Source of the DNA: an uncultured Acidobacteriota bacterium
Lineage (GTDB): Bacteria; Actinomycetota; Acidimicrobiia; Spongiisociales; ZC4RG35
Length of the DNA stretch: 64,000 nucleotides
Assembly (NCBI GenBank): GCA_963828465.1
Contig: CAWHEU010000022.1
Coordinates: 4,577 to 68,576, forward strand
Reading direction: 5' to 3'
Shown: positions 25,301-33,145 of the stretch, piece after piece
Numbering within the stretch: position 1 is the first letter of the stretch
Layout: the number at the start of each line of letters is the position of its first letter
The notes under the pieces: generated by a model
Database searches by the model: none
What the model saw: the letters and a program-made list of their open reading frames with translations, nothing else
Told to the model about the DNA's origin: nothing
Made by a program: the position numbers and the translations under genes

Positions 25301-26141
25301 AGCGATCGCGTTCAGACCCGACGGACGTATGTTGGCCACCGGCAGCGGTGACATGCGGGTCCGGTTGTGGACGCTGGATCCTTCAGGGTCCCAACTCGTA
25401 TCCGAGGAGCCTCTCGAGGCTGGAATCAATGATCTGGCCTTTAGTGCGGACGGGGACCGGCTTGCTATCGCGGTGAAGGAAGAGGATGTCTTGCTGTGGG
25501 ATGTGGCGGAGCGGTCGTTCGAGCGTCTCGAGGGTCACAGTGCTGAGGTGCGGAGCGTGGCCTTCAGCCCGAACGGACGTTTGCTGGCCACTGGAGACCT
25601 GGACGGGGAGATCCGGGTCTGGAATCTCGAAGATCTGGAGGTTCCTCCGGAGTCTCTGCGCGCCCATGCCGAGCGGGTGACATCGTTGGCCTTCGACGGA
25701 GAGGGACGTCAGCTCGCGTCCGGGAGCTGGGATCAGACCGTCCAGATCTGGGAGGTCGACACGCGGAGCTACATCACGTTGAACACAGATGGTCGGGTCG
25801 ACAATGTAGCCCTTCGACCCGATGGGAAGTTGATTGCAGTGGCAGCCGATCAACCTCATTTATGGGATCTGACCGCCCCCGACCAGAACGACCCGATCGC
25901 CAATCCTGTCATTCTGCGGGACCACACCAGCGTCGTGAACGCGGTTGCATTCAGCGCGGACGGGAGATGGCTCGGTACCGGGAGTGACGATCACTCCGTT
26001 CGTCTCTGGCTCCAACTGGAGGAATTGGCAGAGCTCGGCTGTGCCAGCGCGGGACGGAACCTGAGTCACGACGAGGTGCAGGAAATCAATCCCGGCGCCA
26101 AGAGCGTTAGCACGTGCGAAGAATGGCCCGAGGGGTCTTAG
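22395..26141 (+). CDS. nSTAND-type P-loop NTPase (NACHT-like) with a central TM helix and ~15 C-terminal WD40 repeats
   Basis: PFPGLRPFREDETPLFFGRDAQIDELL…RFVAVMGASGSGKSSLVTAGLLP carries a Walker A motif. Walker B is LLVVVDQFEE. The hydrophobic segment LLTWSGVAGLGVLAVLFAVLAVWAI is a TM helix. Then ~15 repeats of the type GHxDxVxxLAFSPDGRWLATGSxDxTxxLWDL. Confidence 0.85.
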   Translation: MTATSPLFNPFPGLRPFREDETPLFFGRDAQIDELLAELGRSRFVAVMGASGSGKSSLVTAGLLPALQGGLSPRLGANWRIASLRPGGDPVRNLARALVEPGVLDRDGSDETRGVDQTEALLRRSGLGLADLARRDESLRDGRLLVVVDQFEELFRFQDAGGRAHDGADNPAFVRLLIEAVADESNVSVILTMRSDYLGDCSQFDQLPETINQGLYLVPRLTRTQLRGAITGPVAVGGGTIAPRLVQRLLNDAGADPDQLPVLQHALMRIWDLWTGDVTAPGPIDLEHYEAAGGLEEALARHADEAYDDLTDDRSRRIAELAFKRLTELGNDGREGRHPATLAEIASVADATVEETREVIRHFEQPGRSFVMVSDDGVVDISHESLIRQWPRLRDWVGEEAASRDTYHRLAESAGRWRRGEAALMRDPDLQLAVNWWTDNQPSGAWAERYGSTFQDAADYLDRSRKAERSRRLLTWSGVAGLGVLAVLFAVLAVWAITAEQDAKYQERLAVGRQLSAVSTEHGPERRTTSILTALEALRTTETDGLRLPEAEEALRAAMHDPLGIRLPGQPGQLGHDEDVTTLGFSPDGRWLATGSADDTVLLWDLEDTEGDPRPLPGHADDVVALAFSPDARWLATGSLDGTAMLWDLEDAEAKPRILDGHTDEVTSLAFSPDGSWLATGSVDETIQLRELDNPDLVARVLQSEAGFILCLAFSPDERWLAAGTGTGVGYLWDMGNPGGDPETLSGHNDAVVAVAFSRDGASLATGSRDATIRLWDPDVPTNPFARLEQGDAVLGLVLSSDGRWLATGGEDNAARVWDLQRLRGSPDPSLVLVHSGPVERVSFSADNRWLATGGPGDPARLFQVNDASLPPVVLAGPVTALGFSTDDRWLAIGSDQGSARLWGTDQLPTQPAVLDHDDKVSAIEFGPDGRVATGTTANVTRLWSLDDPSAEPEVLAQTDFGFDMAQVEAIAFRPDGRMLATGSGDMRVRLWTLDPSGSQLVSEEPLEAGINDLAFSADGDRLAIAVKEEDVLLWDVAERSFERLEGHSAEVRSVAFSPNGRLLATGDLDGEIRVWNLEDLEVPPESLRAHAERVTSLAFDGEGRQLASGSWDQTVQIWEVDTRSYITLNTDGRVDNVALRPDGKLIAVAADQPHLWDLTAPDQNDPIANPVILRDHTSVVNAVAFSADGRWLGTGSDDHSVRLWLQLEELAELGCASAGRNLSHDEVQEINPGAKSVSTCEEWPEGS
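24100..26010 (+). repeat. ~15 tandem WD40 repeat units (coding repeats) forming two beta-propellers
   Basis: The recurrent peptide AFSPDGRWLATGS…RLWDL is visible ~15 times, including the degenerate units at ~25142 and ~25860. Confidence 0.8.
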
Positions 26142-26151
26142 GCGCGGTCGC

Positions 26152-27213
26152 TCAGGACGGCGGGGGGGAGATCAGGGTCACTACTGCCAAGAACTCGCCG
26201 TCGTTGTTGGTGACGCCGATGTCGTTGATCCCGAGGTAGAGACGACCGTCGGATTCGACGGTCGTCTGGAACTCACTGCCCACTTCGAACGGGACCCCAT
26301 TCTCTCCGATTTTTCCGATGAGCCCGGCATGATTGGCATCCTCGACCCCGGGCAGATTGGATTCGTGTCCCGGAAGGTTGGGGTCACCATCAGGAGTGAG
26401 CAGCGGGCCGTTCTCGGAGTGCTTTATCCGGCCGCCGGCTTCGATGTCGAGTGTGACTCCCGTGACGACATCGATACCGGAGTCCGTCCACAACACCGTG
26501 CCGGGCACCCGGACAGTCTGAGTTTTCGATGGCTCGGCATCGCATGCCTGAAATCCACCGACAAACTCTCCAAGCGGCGGAGCATCCGGGTCCAGCCGCG
26601 CCTCCTCGAACCACGCATTGAATTCTTGGGTGGGAACGCATATCGCGGGCCCCGGGGCCTGGCCTTTGGTCAGAAACGCGGCCTCGGTATAGGTTCCCTC
26701 CCTTGCCTCGTAGGTCTGGGAAAGACCCTCGGAGGTGAGCTCGATCGACCCCTTCTTGACCACGACACACGTGTTCTCAGTCGGCGGCTGACAAGCCGTG
26801 AACACCGTGGCGGGCTCCAATGCCGTGATGGTCGAGCTCGACGTTTCCAGTGTCAGACGGGTGTCGCTCACTTCGTCGTCGGTGAAGGTGACATGACCGC
26901 CGCCGAGGTACGCCCTCGCTTCCGCCGGTTCCCAGCTCTCGAGTTGGATGGCCGCCTGCCTGGACAACTCGAATCTGCCCAGGTCTCGGATCGTGAGGAG
27001 CCCACTGGCGCCGGGCCCCAACGTGATCTGGTTTCCCAGATCGATCGATTCACCGTCCCCGGTGCCGATCTCGGTTTCGCTCACCGAAATAGGGCCCTTA
27101 TAGACAACCAGATCTGCCTGCATGGGCGGTGTGACTTCATCTCCTCCGCAGGCAGCTAAGGCGAGGGTGATGAGCGTGATAGCCAGTCCCCCCCGAGACT
27201 TCCGTCGCAACAT
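26152..27213 (-). CDS. secreted lipoprotein with a beta-rich C-terminal domain, function unknown
   Basis: MLRRKSRGGLAITLITLALAACGGDE gives a lipobox LAAC. The Gly/Thr/Asp-rich C-terminus looks like a beta-sandwich. The ORF extends to 27258. Confidence 0.65.
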   Translation of the reverse strand: MLRRKSRGGLAITLITLALAACGGDEVTPPMQADLVVYKGPISVSETEIGTGDGESIDLGNQITLGPGASGLLTIRDLGRFELSRQAAIQLESWEPAEARAYLGGGHVTFTDDEVSDTRLTLETSSSTITALEPATVFTACQPPTENTCVVVKKGSIELTSEGLSQTYEAREGTYTEAAFLTKGQAPGPAICVPTQEFNAWFEEARLDPDAPPLGEFVGGFQACDAEPSKTQTVRVPGTVLWTDSGIDVVTGVTLDIEAGGRIKHSENGPLLTPDGDPNLPGHESNLPGVEDANHAGLIGKIGENGVPFEVGSEFQTTVESDGRLYLGINDIGVTNNDGEFLAVVTLISPPPS

Positions 27214-27395
27214 GCTCCCTCCAGTCCGGTCAACTCTATCCGAGGTCTGGTGGCCCAACAGGGCGAGAACCGCATATGGGCCACCATCCCGAAAGGAGCG
27301 GGTTGGAGCGGCGCTGATACGAGGATCGGGCCGCCCACGACGGCCGTCTCCGGTTAGCCCAGCCGCGTAGGCTCGGCCGTCGAAAGGGGGACTCG

Positions 27396-28344
27396 ATGGC
27401 CCATGTGACTTTCGTTCACGGAATCATGAATCAGCCTTCGCCCGCACGTCTGCTCAGGGAGTGGAAGCGGGACTTGGCCGACGGTGGGGACGGAGTGGAT
27501 CTCGATGTGTACGGCGTGACGTCATCGATGGTGTACTGGGCGGACGTCATGTATGCCGCCGCCACCGACGCCGGGGGCAGCCTCTCACGAGTCGATCGAG
27601 TACGAGGGCATCGAGTCGGGCGCCCTCACCGAGGTCGACGAGTCGTACATCGCCGAAGCGAGCGGGGACGAGAAGGACTTCATCGAGTCGATGATCGCCA
27701 ACTACGACCTCGACCATCCCGACGTGCCGGCAGCCGAGGCCGCTCCGGACGCGGGGGCAGAGGCCAGGGTGGCGGCGGCGTCGGCGTTGGAGGCAATACC
27801 TCTGCCGTGGTTCGTCAAGCGGCCGCTGATGCGGCTGCTGTTGCGTGACGTCCACCACTATCTCTTCAACACCAGTCATTCGCCTCGAACCGGGTCCAGC
27901 TACAAGGTCCGCGATGAGGTGAGGAAGCGGTTCGGCGCCGACCTCGGGGCCGTCGACGGTGGGCCCCATGTCGTAGTTGCGCACAGCCTCGGCTCGGTGA
28001 TCGCGTATGACTGTCTCAAACGGGTTGCCGGCACCAAGAAAGTGGACCTGCTGATCACGATCGGCACGCCGCTCGGCATGTCCGAGGTCCAGCACAACTT
28101 GAAGCCAGAGTGGTCGAAGGACGACGGCTACCCCGGAGAACTGCCGCGCTGGGTGAACGTGGTCGATCGTCTCGACCCGGTTTGTGTGGCCGACCCGATC
28201 ATCGCCAACGACTACATGCGGAAGAAGGCAGGCGTGGTGGTCGACGAGGTCGTGTCCAACGGCGGGGTGATGCGCCATCCGTCCGGCAAGTACTTCCGAC
28301 AGGCGGTCGTTCAGGATGCGGTGCGCAATGGATTGGGTGTCTGA
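27396..28344 (+). CDS. alpha/beta-hydrolase fold (lipase/esterase-like, GxSxG = AHSLGS); 1-nt frameshift in a G5 run near 27580
   Basis: N-terminus VTFVHGIMNQP, the nucleophile elbow VVVAHSLGSVIAYDCL and LLITIGTPLG are in two frames. These join at gccGGGGGcagc (27575-27586). RBS aaagggggac before the ATG. Confidence 0.7.
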
Positions 28345-28353
28345 GGGAGCCGG

Positions 28354-29919
28354 ATGTCGTTCTTCGACTCGCCACTTGGTGAGCAGCTCCGCTCCAGCCT
28401 CGATGCGGGGAAACCAGAGGACATCGCCGCCGCGGTAGGGGTGGTCAAGGGGAAGGTGTGGTCGGGGACAGTGCAGCCCGATCAGGTCGACGAGGTCCTC
28501 GCAGAACTGCAGCGACAACGACAGGTTCAGCACGTCATCGACATCGCCGATGCGGCCACCGCGGTCGGCTCGATCACGACGTCGGGCCGTCGCCGCTACT
28601 GCCAGATGCTGATCGAGTCGGGAGCCCTCCATGCCGGCGAGCTCGCCTGCGCAGAGCTTCTCGATCTGGCCGAGGATGCGAAGGAGCGGGGGGAGGCACT
28701 GGGGCTGCTCGGGCGGATCCGCAAGCAGCGTTACGTGACCAGCCGCCGGCCCGAGGATTTGATCGGCGCAATTGCCGCCTATCAGTTCGCATACGCGGGA
28801 GGCGGCGACCCGCTCTGGCATGGCATCAATCTCCTCGCACTCACCACCCGGGCCCATCGTGACGGAATCCTCGTTCCCCAACCGGTCGACACGGACGCTC
28901 TGACACGCACGCTCCTCGACGTAGTCAGGCAGACGGCACCCGAGTTGCAAGAGATCTGGGAGCGCACCACCGAGGTCGAGGCCCTGGTCGCCCTGGGCGA
29001 CAAGGCGTCGGTGGACGAAGCGGTGTCGGTGGCACAGAAACTCGCCAGCAGCAAGAGTGTCCGGCCGTTTGAGCTGGAGAGCCTTCGCCGTCAGCTGGCC
29101 GACATCTGGGAACTCGAGCCGCATCACCCGGTGCTGGTGGCCATCGCAGCGCAGAAGCTCCAACTCGGGGCCAGGGCCCATGTCGAGCTGCCCGATTCCG
29201 CGGGCCAGTTGGAGAAGATCTTCGGGACGGCCCTGCCTGTGGGGTACAAGCACCTGATGAGGGGTCTCGAGTGCGCAGAATCGGTGGGAAAGATCACCGA
29301 CGCATCCGAAGAGCCGTGGGGCACGGGATTCCTCCTACGCGGGAATCTGATCCATCCCGACTTCGGCGATGGACTGGTGCTGGCTACCAACGCCCACGTC
29401 TGTAGTCCAGAGCCCGGAGTGGGCAAGCTGCTGCCGAGCGAGGCGAAGGCTGTCTTCGACGTGACCAAGTCGGTCGATGGGGAGCAACTCGTCCTCACCG
29501 GCTTCGAGTGCCTGTGGAGCTCACCACCCTCGGTATGCGATGTCACCATCCTTCGCTTCACCGGACCCGAGCCGGCGCTCAAAGGCCAGCTCGACGTCGC
29601 CGCGTTGCCCCAGCCAGTGACGGAGGGCGCATATGTCTATGTCATCGGCCATCCGGCGGGGGGTGGGATCAAGTTTTCGATCAGGGGCAACGACCTTCTC
29701 GCCTATGACGCCGACATGTTCAAAGTCCACTACACCGCCCCCACCGAAGGGGGCAGCTCCGGGAGCCCGGTCTTCAACCAGGCATGGCAGCTGATGGCTG
29801 TTCATCACGCTGGAGATTCGAAGATGCACCGACTGGACGACCCTTCCGCTACGTATCAGGCCAACGAGGGGATCACGATCAAGGGGATCAGAGAGGAGTA
29901 CTCCAAGAATGGAAAATGA
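28354..29919 (+). CDS. N-terminal alpha-helical (TPR-like) domain fused to a C-terminal trypsin-like serine protease
   Basis: Catalytic triad context: LATNAHV (His), YDAD (Asp), GGSSGSPVF (Ser) in the C-terminal ~220 aa. The N-terminal ~300 aa is helical. No signal peptide. Confidence 0.8.
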   Translation: MSFFDSPLGEQLRSSLDAGKPEDIAAAVGVVKGKVWSGTVQPDQVDEVLAELQRQRQVQHVIDIADAATAVGSITTSGRRRYCQMLIESGALHAGELACAELLDLAEDAKERGEALGLLGRIRKQRYVTSRRPEDLIGAIAAYQFAYAGGGDPLWHGINLLALTTRAHRDGILVPQPVDTDALTRTLLDVVRQTAPELQEIWERTTEVEALVALGDKASVDEAVSVAQKLASSKSVRPFELESLRRQLADIWELEPHHPVLVAIAAQKLQLGARAHVELPDSAGQLEKIFGTALPVGYKHLMRGLECAESVGKITDASEEPWGTGFLLRGNLIHPDFGDGLVLATNAHVCSPEPGVGKLLPSEAKAVFDVTKSVDGEQLVLTGFECLWSSPPSVCDVTILRFTGPEPALKGQLDVAALPQPVTEGAYVYVIGHPAGGGIKFSIRGNDLLAYDADMFKVHYTAPTEGGSSGSPVFNQAWQLMAVHHAGDSKMHRLDDPSATYQANEGITIKGIREEYSKNGK

Positions 29920-30721
29920 CGCAATCCCTCCGGAGTTCCTGGAGCCCGAGGGCGACGCCGAGCGCCAGGATCCCGACCTCGTCTTCGAGACGACGTCAGC
30001 GACACTACGGGGGCTGTGGAATGACTGGATGTGCAAACGAGGTGACGGGACTTTCGTCGACGTCGAATTCTTCGGCCGCCGGATCGGCGGAGTGCCGACC
30101 CCGGCGGTCGACGCCTATCGGGCGCTCGAGGTAGCCCTGCGCTCCGCCGGTTACAAGCCAGATTCGCGGTGGGCGTACAACTGCAGGCTCATCGAGGGGA
30201 CGGACAAGCCCTCGCTGCACTCGGCCGGGATCGCAGTTGACATCGACCCGGACGAGAACCCGTTCTCGAAGGGTGACCCCTTCGCCGGGAAGATGGGTCC
30301 CGACCATGTCGCCGCGGCGCTGGCCATTCGCAACAGCGCCGGCGCCCGGGTGTGGTCCTGGGGCGGGCATTGGAACAAGCCCGATCGGATGCACTTCCAG
30401 CTCGACAGGGGGCCTGCGGCGGTGGATGTGGATTGGCGAACCGTCCCCGGTGGTGGCCCCGAAAGCGCCAGTTCGGGGTCAATGGACGTGAAGGAGGAAG
30501 AGATGGTTCTGTCCAAGAGCATGAAAGGCCCAGCAGTGGAGCGGTTCCAGCAGTGCCTGCTCGATTGGAATGCCAAGGCGCTGCCGAAGGACGGAGCCGA
30601 TGGTGTTTTTGGGAGCGAGACCGTCGAATGGGTGGGGCGGTTCCAGGAGGCCCTTGGTCTGGAGAAGACCGGAGTGATCGACGGGGTGACCGCGGCCTTG
30701 CTGGTCGCCCACGGGAAGTAA
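29909..30721 (+). CDS. M15 family (VanY/D-Ala-D-Ala carboxypeptidase-like) zinc peptidase with a C-terminal peptidoglycan-binding (PG_binding_1) domain; no signal peptide
   Basis: SLHSAGIAVDID (H…D zinc ligands) and GGHWNKPDRMHFQ (His). C-terminal GPAVERFQQCLLDWN…DGVFGSETVEWVGRFQEALGL matches the PG-binding fold. 11-nt overlap with the upstream stop. Confidence 0.8.
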   Translation: MENDAIPPEFLEPEGDAERQDPDLVFETTSATLRGLWNDWMCKRGDGTFVDVEFFGRRIGGVPTPAVDAYRALEVALRSAGYKPDSRWAYNCRLIEGTDKPSLHSAGIAVDIDPDENPFSKGDPFAGKMGPDHVAAALAIRNSAGARVWSWGGHWNKPDRMHFQLDRGPAAVDVDWRTVPGGGPESASSGSMDVKEEEMVLSKSMKGPAVERFQQCLLDWNAKALPKDGADGVFGSETVEWVGRFQEALGLEKTGVIDGVTAALLVAHGK

Positions 30722-30727
30722 CAAGCC

Positions 30728-32245
30728 ATCAAGGTCTTCCTGAGCTACCGGCGGGACGACACGGCGGGGCGCGCCGGAAGGCTCCACGACGCCCTGGCCT
30801 CGAGTTTCGGCACCCGCAACGTGTTCATGGACGTTTCCGCCATCGCGGTCGGCACCGACTTCGTCGACCAGGTGGAACGAGCGATCTCGACGAGCGACGC
30901 CTCGCTGGTGGTGATGGGGCCGAATTGGCTCGGGGCCACTGACCCCGAAGGCCGTCGGCGGCTCGACGATCCCCAGGACCACGTGAGGTCTGAGGTGCGC
31001 TCCGCGCTGGCCTCACCCAACCCGGTGGTTCCGGTGCTGGTCGGGGATGCATCGTTGCCGACCGAGGACCAACTGCCTGACGATCTGAAAGCCCTGGCGC
31101 GCCGACAAGCCGTGGAATTGCGGGACGAGACATGGTCTGAAGATGTCGAGATGCTGGTCCGGCGTCTCGAAGGCAAGGAGACGGTCCGGGAACCCCGCCG
31201 CTGGATTCTGCTGGCCATTGGCTTGATACTCCTGGGTGGCGTCGGCGCCGCTATCTGGATGGCTCAGGCAGGCGGCGAGGATGAGTTGACCCAATGCTCG
31301 GTGCCGGACGAGACATGGACCACGATCGACGTGGAACCCGGCGCCACGGACGTCGAACAATTGGAGCGGGATCGGGCACTCCGCTACACGGTGGTGAGTA
31401 CGGATTTCAGGGATGAACCCGGGGACGAGTGGTACGTCGTGCTCCATGTGAGGCTGGAGAACGAGTCCACGGACGTGGCGGGAAACGACGACCACACCGG
31501 GTACGGACCGTCGATCTTCGACGCCCTGCACGTCGATGAGATCTCGGTCGGGGGCCCTTACTGCTTTGGCGAGAACAGTGGTGACAGCGATCTCGCCCCG
31601 GGGGAGGCGGCCAACGCACGGGTTGGATTCCTCTCCGTACCTGGACCCCACCGAGGCAAGTCTGATGCTCGAGACCGATGGGCCCCTCTTTATCGAGATC
31701 ACCCCGGGCGCGTGATGCCGACGGTCCTGTTCTCGGGCCACATGGTCGATGCACCAGACCGGCCGTCTCCACGCTTCCCACCCGAGCGTGTTCCCCTGGT
31801 GCGGCGGGCGATCGCGGAAGCCGTCTGGCTCATCGATGACACCGACGCGGAGGCGATCTCGGGACTCGCCTGCGGGGGCGATCTCCTCTTCGCCGAGGAA
31901 TGGCTGAAGACCGGGCGGCCCTTGCACGCCTATCTGCCACGTGAAGAGGCGGATTTTCTCGACGAGTCGGTTCGTTTTGCCGGCTCGGAGTGGGTGGACT
32001 CGTTCCGTGAAGTGACCGCTGATCCGAACCTGGTCCTGATCGGTCCGGACCAAGAGATGCTTGGTTTGAACGAACCGCACACCGCGAACAACCTCCGCAT
32101 GCTCGAAGCTGCGTTGCTGCGGCCCGGCGCCCTCAACGGTCTGTTCCTTTGGGACGGCAAGGGAGGCGACGGTCCGGGAGGCACCGAGCACCTGGCCTCT
32201 GAGGTGGTCGAGCAGGGCGGGAGTGTCACCGTTCTCCGTCCGTAG
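30728..32245 (+). CDS. TIR domain – TM helix – C-terminal Rossmann-like (LOG/SLOG-like) domain protein; non-canonical start (ATC where ATG is expected)
   Basis: (I/M)KVFLSYRRDDTAGRAGRLHDALASSFGTRNVFMDVSAIAVGTDF…ASLVVMGPNWL is a canonical TIR. TM helix RRWILLAIGLILLGGVGAAIWMA. The C-terminus has ISGLACGGDLLFAEEWL … LFLWDGKGGDGPGGTEHL, reminiscent of LOG/SLOG Rossmann domains. The reading frame is open only from the TAA of the upstream gene (30719-30721). The first in-frame ATG (30830) lies inside the TIR domain. Confidence 0.65.
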   Translation: MKVFLSYRRDDTAGRAGRLHDALASSFGTRNVFMDVSAIAVGTDFVDQVERAISTSDASLVVMGPNWLGATDPEGRRRLDDPQDHVRSEVRSALASPNPVVPVLVGDASLPTEDQLPDDLKALARRQAVELRDETWSEDVEMLVRRLEGKETVREPRRWILLAIGLILLGGVGAAIWMAQAGGEDELTQCSVPDETWTTIDVEPGATDVEQLERDRALRYTVVSTDFRDEPGDEWYVVLHVRLENESTDVAGNDDHTGYGPSIFDALHVDEISVGGPYCFGENSGDSDLAPGEAANARVGFLSVPGPHRGKSDARDRWAPLYRDHPGRVMPTVLFSGHMVDAPDRPSPRFPPERVPLVRRAIAEAVWLIDDTDAEAISGLACGGDLLFAEEWLKTGRPLHAYLPREEADFLDESVRFAGSEWVDSFREVTADPNLVLIGPDQEMLGLNEPHTANNLRMLEAALLRPGALNGLFLWDGKGGDGPGGTEHLASEVVEQGGSVTVLRP

Positions 32246-32285
32246 GTTTCGACGAGGAAGCTGTCCTTCCGCATAAGGTTGAAGG

Positions 32286-33128
32286 ATGGGATTTCGCCTG
32301 GCCCTCGTCCAGCCGGTCGCCCATCGTCCGCCGGACGACGAGCGGAATGTGATGGATGCACTGGGGCAGATCTCTTACGCCGGCTCACAGGGTGCGGAAG
32401 TCGTGGCGTTTCCCGAGACCTACCCGGGCCCGTGGCGCACACCGATGACATTCGATCCCACGGAGGCGATGGCGGCTGCAGCGAGAGAGCACGGCGTTAC
32501 GATCCAGTTCGGAACGCTGGAAGCAATCCCAGGTGAACCCGAGGCGGCGTACAACGTCCTCAAGCTGATCGGCCCTGACGGAAGCATCAGCGGTGTCTAC
32601 CGCCGCACTCACCCGCCCGGGCCATGGATCTACGCCGGTGGGGTCTGGGATTTCGACTATCGGGTCGGCAACGAGTACCCGGTGTTCGAGAGTGAACATG
32701 GGACCGTCGGGCTGGCGATGTGCAGCGAAGCGTTCATGCCCGAGGTGACCCGTGCCCTGGCGCTGCGCGGGGCTGAGATCATCTTCATGCCCGCCGGAAT
32801 CGACAAGAAGAAACTGTGGGCCGCCTGGCGAAACCTGATCTGGGCCCGGGCCACAGAGAACCTGGCCGTGGTTATCACGACTCAGAACCTCTTCGACAGA
32901 TCCGAGCGAGGTCTGGCCATGGTTGCGCAACCCGAAGAGGTGATTTTCGAGGATGACGGCCCCGGCACCTTTCTGATCGACCTCGACCTCACGAGGATCC
33001 GCGAGATGCGGGAGCAAGTGGACGGCCCGAAGTCATCGGAGGAATACGGCGCCAAGCCTGGTGTGCTCACCCAGTGGCAAAGACCCGAGATGCGGGACAA
33101 GGTCTATCCCGCGGTAACCCGCACATAG
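32286..33128 (+). CDS. carbon-nitrogen hydrolase (nitrilase superfamily)
   Basis: Catalytic triad context: FPETY (Glu), AGIDKKK (Lys), LAMCSEAF (Cys). 280 aa. Confidence 0.85.
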   Translation: MGFRLALVQPVAHRPPDDERNVMDALGQISYAGSQGAEVVAFPETYPGPWRTPMTFDPTEAMAAAAREHGVTIQFGTLEAIPGEPEAAYNVLKLIGPDGSISGVYRRTHPPGPWIYAGGVWDFDYRVGNEYPVFESEHGTVGLAMCSEAFMPEVTRALALRGAEIIFMPAGIDKKKLWAAWRNLIWARATENLAVVITTQNLFDRSERGLAMVAQPEEVIFEDDGPGTFLIDLDLTRIREMREQVDGPKSSEEYGAKPGVLTQWQRPEMRDKVYPAVTRT

Positions 33129-33145
33129 AGAGCGGTGACCCGCAT

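Noticed and set aside
31013-32191. 392-aa minus-strand ORF antisense to the TIR–TM–LOG-like gene
   Set aside because: Antisense artefact of GC-rich DNA. No domain signatures.
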